Position numbers and translations under genes: made by a program. DNA of 32,000 bases from Candidatus Methylomirabilis oxygeniifera (GTDB lineage Bacteria; Methylomirabilota; Methylomirabilia; Methylomirabilales; Methylomirabilaceae): NCBI GenBank assembly GCA_000091165.1, contig FP565575.1, forward strand, positions 2,190,001 to 2,222,000, written 5' to 3'. Shown piece after piece: positions 27,473-32,000 of the stretch. Position 1 is the stretch's first letter; each line of letters opens with the position of its first letter. The notes below the pieces were generated by a model, which was not told the DNA's origin, searched no databases, and saw nothing but the letters and a program-made list of their open reading frames with translations.

Positions 27473-27808
27473 GTGAACAATTGGAACATTCCTGATTGGC
27501 TAGAAAAAGAGGTAAAGGACCGAGACAGGAGCTGCGTCTACTGTCGTATCGACTTTTTGGGGACATCCAATAGGACGAGAAAGTCGATCGCGACATGGGA
27601 ACATATTGTTAACGACGCGAGAATAATCAATCGCGAAAACATCGCCAGATGCTGTTTCTCATGCAATTCGAGCAAAGGCACGAAGAAGCTTTTCGATTGG
27701 CTCGAATCCAATTATTGCAAGAAGCGCGGAATCACCAAGGATACGGTCGCTGGAGTGGTAAAGAGGGCACTCGCTCCTCAGCCAAACATTCGTGACGACG
27801 GTGCCTGA
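27473..27808 (+). CDS. HNH endonuclease family protein (GTG start)
   Basis: RDRSCVYCRIDF...ATWEHIVNDARIINRENIARCCFSCNSSKGTKKLFDWLES has the CxxC / H / N..CCxxCNxxKG HNH zinc-finger pattern. Confidence 0.88.
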   Translation: MNNWNIPDWLEKEVKDRDRSCVYCRIDFLGTSNRTRKSIATWEHIVNDARIINRENIARCCFSCNSSKGTKKLFDWLESNYCKKRGITKDTVAGVVKRALAPQPNIRDDGA

Positions 27809-27876
27809 CCCGTCGGTCAACACGGACGCACCTCAGCGGGGCTTCACCCACCTCTCGTACGCCAGTTACCTTCGGA

Positions 27877-28737
27877 TCAGGCAAACACCACGGTCTTGTT
27901 GCCATGCACCAGCACCTTATCCTCCAGGTGCCAGGTGACGGCTCGCGCCAGCACCACCCGCTCTACGTGGCGGCCGATCCGCTTCAGATCCTCCACAGTG
28001 TGACGGTGATCCACCCGCTCGACATCCTGCTCGATGATCGGCCCGGCATCCAACGCATCGGTCGCGTAATGCGCCGTAGCGCCGATCAATTTAACCCCTC
28101 TCGAGTGCGCCTGCGCATAAGGGTCTGCCCCGACAAAGGCCGGCAAGAAGCTGTGGTGAATGTTGATAATCCGGTTGGGAAACCGGCGGATAAAAGCCGA
28201 CGAAAGGACACGCATATACCGCGCCATGACGATCAGGTCAACCTTACCTTCGACCAGTTGAAGCTGTGAGGCCTCAGCCTGCTCTTGTCGCTCCTGCGTG
28301 ACCGCGATATGGTAAAAAGGAATACCGTAGGCCTCGACAAGTCCGCGCAGGTTAGCATGATTGCTCACGACCATGGCGATCTCCGCGGCCATGTCCTCAG
28401 CCCTCCATCGCCACAGTAGCTCCAGCAGGCAGTGGTCCTCCTTCGATACAAAGATGGCTATGGGCTTGACGCGGGCCGCGTTCGTCAGCCTCCAATCCAT
28501 CCGGAACCGGCGGGCGATCGGCTCGAAAACTCGCTCCAGTTCAGTGCCACGACTGTCCAGTTCCGGAAGGTCGAACTCGATCCGCACGAAGAAGACGCCC
28601 CCCTCCGGGTCGGTGGTATGCTGGTCCGAGTGCACAATATTGGCGCCCTGTTCAAACAGGCACTGCGAGACTGCCGCCACAATACCTGGCCGGTCAGGAC
28701 ACGAGATCAGCAGGCGGGCCCGAGTGTTCAACGCCAT
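27877..28737 (-). CDS. purU: Formyltetrahydrofolate deformylase
   Basis: RLLISCPDRPGIVAAVSQCLFEQGANIVHSDQHTTDPEGGVFFVRIEF (ACT domain), PFYHIAV, DLIVMARYMRVLSSAFIRRFPNRIINIHHSFLPAFVGADPYAQAHSRGVKLIGATAHYATDALDAGPIIEQDVERV. Confidence 0.96.
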   Translation of the reverse strand: MALNTRARLLISCPDRPGIVAAVSQCLFEQGANIVHSDQHTTDPEGGVFFVRIEFDLPELDSRGTELERVFEPIARRFRMDWRLTNAARVKPIAIFVSKEDHCLLELLWRWRAEDMAAEIAMVVSNHANLRGLVEAYGIPFYHIAVTQERQEQAEASQLQLVEGKVDLIVMARYMRVLSSAFIRRFPNRIINIHHSFLPAFVGADPYAQAHSRGVKLIGATAHYATDALDAGPIIEQDVERVDHRHTVEDLKRIGRHVERVVLARAVTWHLEDKVLVHGNKTVVFA

Positions 28738-28951
28738 ACACTCTCCACCATTCAGAATTGCCACAGAAGGGGCCTAGCCTGAAACGACAACAGAGCGGGT
28801 AATCCTGGAATGGACTATACGTGTGAAATGATACAAGAAGCGACCCAACGCGCCTGGGATGAGCACTGACAGGCACTCATCGCGCACCATGTAAACGCCT
28901 ATCCCGCGAGTCGGCCCACGCCGAGGGGTGTCTGTTGATTAGAAGCGGAGC

Positions 28952-30454
28952 CTATCGCTTCGCTTTACTAAAGCGCCCTTCCCACTGCACGCCTGGGGCA
29001 TTGGGATCCGTGGGGACGTTCAGCTCGTAGTTGAACTGGCCCATAAGGTATTCATGGACGTGCCGGGCGGCTTCCTTCGCCTGTCCCATAGCCAGAATCA
29101 CCGTCGAACCGCCGGTCACGACGTCGCCGCCCGCAAATACCCCCTTCTTGCTGGTGTGGTAGGTGGTAGTATCGACCATGACGACGCCCCACTTGTTGGT
29201 ACGAAGCTCAGGCGTCATGCTGGGGATGATCGGGTTCACGTCGCACCCCAATGAGAAGACCACCGTGTCCACCTCATCGACGAAATACTCGCCGGTGGGT
29301 ATTGGTTTTCGTCTGCCGGATTCATCCGGATCGGACAGCTTCATCACCTCGCACCTGATGGCTTTGACGAAGTGGCGCTCGTCGCCGATGAACTCCACGG
29401 GGTTGGAGAGCCACTTGAACTCGATGAACTCCTGCTCGGCATGCTCCAGCTCCTCCGTCCTGGCCGGGGCCTCATCGTGGGAGCGGCGGTAGTAACAGGT
29501 GACATCCGCACCAAGCCTCTTACCGGTACGGAGTACGTCCATGGCAGTATTGCCAGCGCCGATGACCGCCATCTTTTTGCCCTGGTAGAGGGGCGTGGGA
29601 AAGTGCGGGAACTGATTGGCGTTCATGAGATAGATTCTGGTGAGATATTCGTTGGCGGAATAGACGCCATTCAGATTTTCGCCGGGGACGCCCAGCATCT
29701 TTGGCAGGCCGGCGCCGGTGCCGATGAACACCGCATCAAATCCTTCCTGTTCCAGGAGATCATCGATGGTCAGGATCTTGCCGATCACCATATTGTAGAC
29801 GAACTCGACCCCCATATCTTCAAGCAGTTTCAGATCTTCGTCGATGACCTCCAGCGGCAACCGGAATCTTGGGATACCGTAAACCATGACCCCCCCGCCA
29901 CGGTGGAACGCCTCGAAGACCGTGACCTCATGGCCGCGAGAGCGAAGCTCATAAGCGGCGGTCATCCCTGCCGGCCCGGATCCGATGACGGCGACTCGCT
30001 TGCCGGTCGAAGGCGGCATCTCCGGAATGCGGTCCAGCTTGTGCTCACGCTCGTAGTCCGCCACAAACCGCTCCAGATTGCCGATACCAACCGGATCGTT
30101 CTTCTTGCCCACCACGCAGACCGCCTCGCATTGCTTATCCTGGGGACAGACACGGCCGCAGGCGGCGGGAAGAAAGTTGGTTTCACGAATCTTCTTGGCC
30201 GCACCGGCGACGTCCCCCTCCTCAACAAGCTTAATGAAGGCGGGGATGTTGATGCCTACAGGACACGCGGGTACGCATTCAGGCTTCTTACACTGAATGC
30301 ACCGTATTGCCTCGTCCTGGGCCTGCTCCATCGAGTAGCCGATGGGCACCTCCTCCCAGCTAAGAATGCGCAACCCTGCCTCATGTAGCGGCATGTGGTT
30401 GCGTGGCTTCTGCATCCGCTCCTTTGCACTGAGTCCCTTGCGTACTTCTGCCAT
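28952..30454 (-). CDS. NAD(P)-dependent glutamate synthase small-subunit-like / NfnB-like oxidoreductase
   Basis: EAIRCIQCKKPECVPACPVGINIPAFIKLVEEGD, AACGRVCPQDKQCEAVC, VAVIGSGPAGMTAAYELRSRGHEVTVFEAF, GVMVYGIPRFRLP, VFSLGCDVNP, GGDVVTGGSTVILAMGQAKEAARHVHEYL. Confidence 0.93.
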   Translation of the reverse strand: MAEVRKGLSAKERMQKPRNHMPLHEAGLRILSWEEVPIGYSMEQAQDEAIRCIQCKKPECVPACPVGINIPAFIKLVEEGDVAGAAKKIRETNFLPAACGRVCPQDKQCEAVCVVGKKNDPVGIGNLERFVADYEREHKLDRIPEMPPSTGKRVAVIGSGPAGMTAAYELRSRGHEVTVFEAFHRGGGVMVYGIPRFRLPLEVIDEDLKLLEDMGVEFVYNMVIGKILTIDDLLEQEGFDAVFIGTGAGLPKMLGVPGENLNGVYSANEYLTRIYLMNANQFPHFPTPLYQGKKMAVIGAGNTAMDVLRTGKRLGADVTCYYRRSHDEAPARTEELEHAEQEFIEFKWLSNPVEFIGDERHFVKAIRCEVMKLSDPDESGRRKPIPTGEYFVDEVDTVVFSLGCDVNPIIPSMTPELRTNKWGVVMVDTTTYHTSKKGVFAGGDVVTGGSTVILAMGQAKEAARHVHEYLMGQFNYELNVPTDPNAPGVQWEGRFSKAKR

Positions 30455-30469
30455 CTCGACGCCTCTCCC

Positions 30470-31996
30470 TTATCGCTGCATCGCCTCGAAGGCGATCTTT
30501 TCTTGCTCGACAAACATCCTCTGGCGCTTTATCAACTCATCGAAGTTCACCTGGTGGGCGTTGAAATCGGGTCCATGGTAGCAGGCGAACCGGGTTTTGC
30601 CGCCTACGCTCACCCGGCAGGCGCCGCACATGCCGGTGCCGTCCACCATGATGGCATTCAACGACACCCACGTCTCGACCCCTTTTCCCTCTGTCATCTT
30701 CGCAACGGCCATCATCATCGGCACGGGACCGACCGCCAATGCCATGGACACCTTCTCTTGCGCCATAATCTGTTCCAGCGCATGGGTGACAAAACCTTGA
30801 ATCCCGACCGAGCCGTCATTGGTGGTGACGAACACCTCATCGCACACCGCCTTGAGCTCGTCAACCAGGATTAACAGGTCCTTCGTGCGGGCGCCCACCA
30901 CGCCGTAGACCTTATTGCCAAGCGCCCTCAAATCCCGCGCCGTGGGGATGACGGCGCCGGTGCCGTAACCGCCTCCGAGCACCACACAGGCGCCCTCGTA
31001 TTTGGCGACGTGGGAACGTTGACCCAGCGGCCCGACGACGTCATGAAAGCTGTCGCCCACGTTCTTCTGCGTAGCCTCAGTGGACGTCCTGCCCGCAGCC
31101 ATGATGACGATCTCGATGTATCCCTTCTCTCTGTCCCATCCGGCGATGGAGAGCGGAATGCGCTCGCTGTCGTAATTGGGACGCATGATGATGAACTGTC
31201 CGGCTTGTATCTTCCTAGCCAGAAGCGGCGCGTTCACCTTAAAGTAGTAGGTGTTGGGGCACAGTTCCCGCTTTTCGAGGATCGAAAAATCCTGGTGATA
31301 TTTGCCCCTGGGCGTGGTCTCCTTTTCAGCCAGGCCGTGCCGGCAGTAATGCAACTGATATTCGGCTTCGCTGCGGACAATAAAGGCATCATCCCAATCG
31401 AAGTGATCCATCCCGAGAATGGCCCGGAAGGCGTTGTGACTTTTCTCTACCTGCTCCGGCGCGAAATAGGAGTTGCGAACCCCTTTGCCTATAGCGCGCA
31501 CCGCGTGCCTGCGGACAAGGGGGGACGGATCTGAGAGACCGGCAAACAGCGTGTCAAACAGCGTCGATCGATCCGCGTCGCCAACCGCCTCAGAGGGAAT
31601 ACGTTTGAAGATCCTCCCCACGCAGTAAAAGGCCGCGGACTTCACCTGTTTGTTGGTAGATTCCGTACACCTCAAAGCCTCCGGCAGGATCCTGGCAATA
31701 GCCGGATCAGTGAAACGCCCCGCTGCCAACAGGAGGTTGATCCTGGCGTAGTCGTCGCTTCGGCTCCTATCGAACCACGAACGAAGCAGGTCCACGACAG
31801 GCGCGCCGATCTGCGCCAAGGCGCCGGCGAAATGCTCCGCCGATTCCGCATCAGCCTCAACGAGTTGCTCGATCATCCATTCGGCGACCTCCGGACCCAG
31901 GGAGGCCAGGACCGACTCACTCTGATCGATGAGTTGAGCCAGCTCCTCATCGCCGGCGTGGTCGCGATAGAAGGTGGTGGAAAGCGCCGCCGCCAA
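30470..31996 (-). CDS. HEAT-like repeat N-terminus fused to ferredoxin-NADP+ reductase alpha-type (NfnA/sulfide dehydrogenase-type) FAD/NAD/2Fe-2S domain; may extend beyond the window edge
   Basis: N-terminal ~200 aa are helical repeats (RRHAVRAIGKG). C-terminal ILEKRELCPNTYYFKVNAPLLARKIQAGQFIIMRPNYDSERIPLSIAG, VVLGGGYGTGAVIPTARDLRALGNKVYGVVGARTKDLLILVDEL, GVETWVSLNAIMVDGTGMCGACRVSVGGKTRFACYHGPDFN. Confidence 0.88.
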   Translation of the reverse strand: MAAALSTTFYRDHAGDEELAQLIDQSESVLASLGPEVAEWMIEQLVEADAESAEHFAGALAQIGAPVVDLLRSWFDRSRSDDYARINLLLAAGRFTDPAIARILPEALRCTESTNKQVKSAAFYCVGRIFKRIPSEAVGDADRSTLFDTLFAGLSDPSPLVRRHAVRAIGKGVRNSYFAPEQVEKSHNAFRAILGMDHFDWDDAFIVRSEAEYQLHYCRHGLAEKETTPRGKYHQDFSILEKRELCPNTYYFKVNAPLLARKIQAGQFIIMRPNYDSERIPLSIAGWDREKGYIEIVIMAAGRTSTEATQKNVGDSFHDVVGPLGQRSHVAKYEGACVVLGGGYGTGAVIPTARDLRALGNKVYGVVGARTKDLLILVDELKAVCDEVFVTTNDGSVGIQGFVTHALEQIMAQEKVSMALAVGPVPMMMAVAKMTEGKGVETWVSLNAIMVDGTGMCGACRVSVGGKTRFACYHGPDFNAHQVNFDELIKRQRMFVEQEKIAFEAMQR

Positions 31997-32000
31997 CTCC

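Overview
This 32 kb window reads as a bacterial chromosome segment. My loose impression is an NC10/Methylomirabilis-like genome, but this is inference only and I ran no database search. Most of it is core metabolism and information processing. The minus strand carries hbd-like, rarA, pyrF, glgA, tRNA-Phe/Asp/Val, ssrA (tmRNA) with smpB, thiS-thiG-thiE, an enoyl-CoA hydratase, two NYN-domain proteins, a cation antiporter, a TVP38-like protein, mqnA plus a putative aminofutalosine deaminase, a mobA-rpoZ-gmk-remA-yicC cluster, a membrane-anchored MutS-like ATPase, purU, and an Nfn/GltD-like oxidoreductase pair. The accessory content is three small type II toxin-antitoxin modules (hicBA-like, vapBC-like, brnTA-like) and an HNH nuclease. 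The most unusual area is 26.38-27.84 kb. There, two ~112-bp imperfect direct repeats with integron-like GTTRRRY motifs bracket a brnTA module and a tyrosine/integron-integrase C-terminal remnant, followed immediately by an HNH gene. This suggests a decayed cassette island. A second notable signal is recurring degenerate 7-bp-periodic sequence in intergenic DNA. One perfect (ggagggt)x4 tract lies inside the apparent 5' coding region of thiE and forms a G-quadruplex motif. I found no CRISPR array and no clear new defence system.
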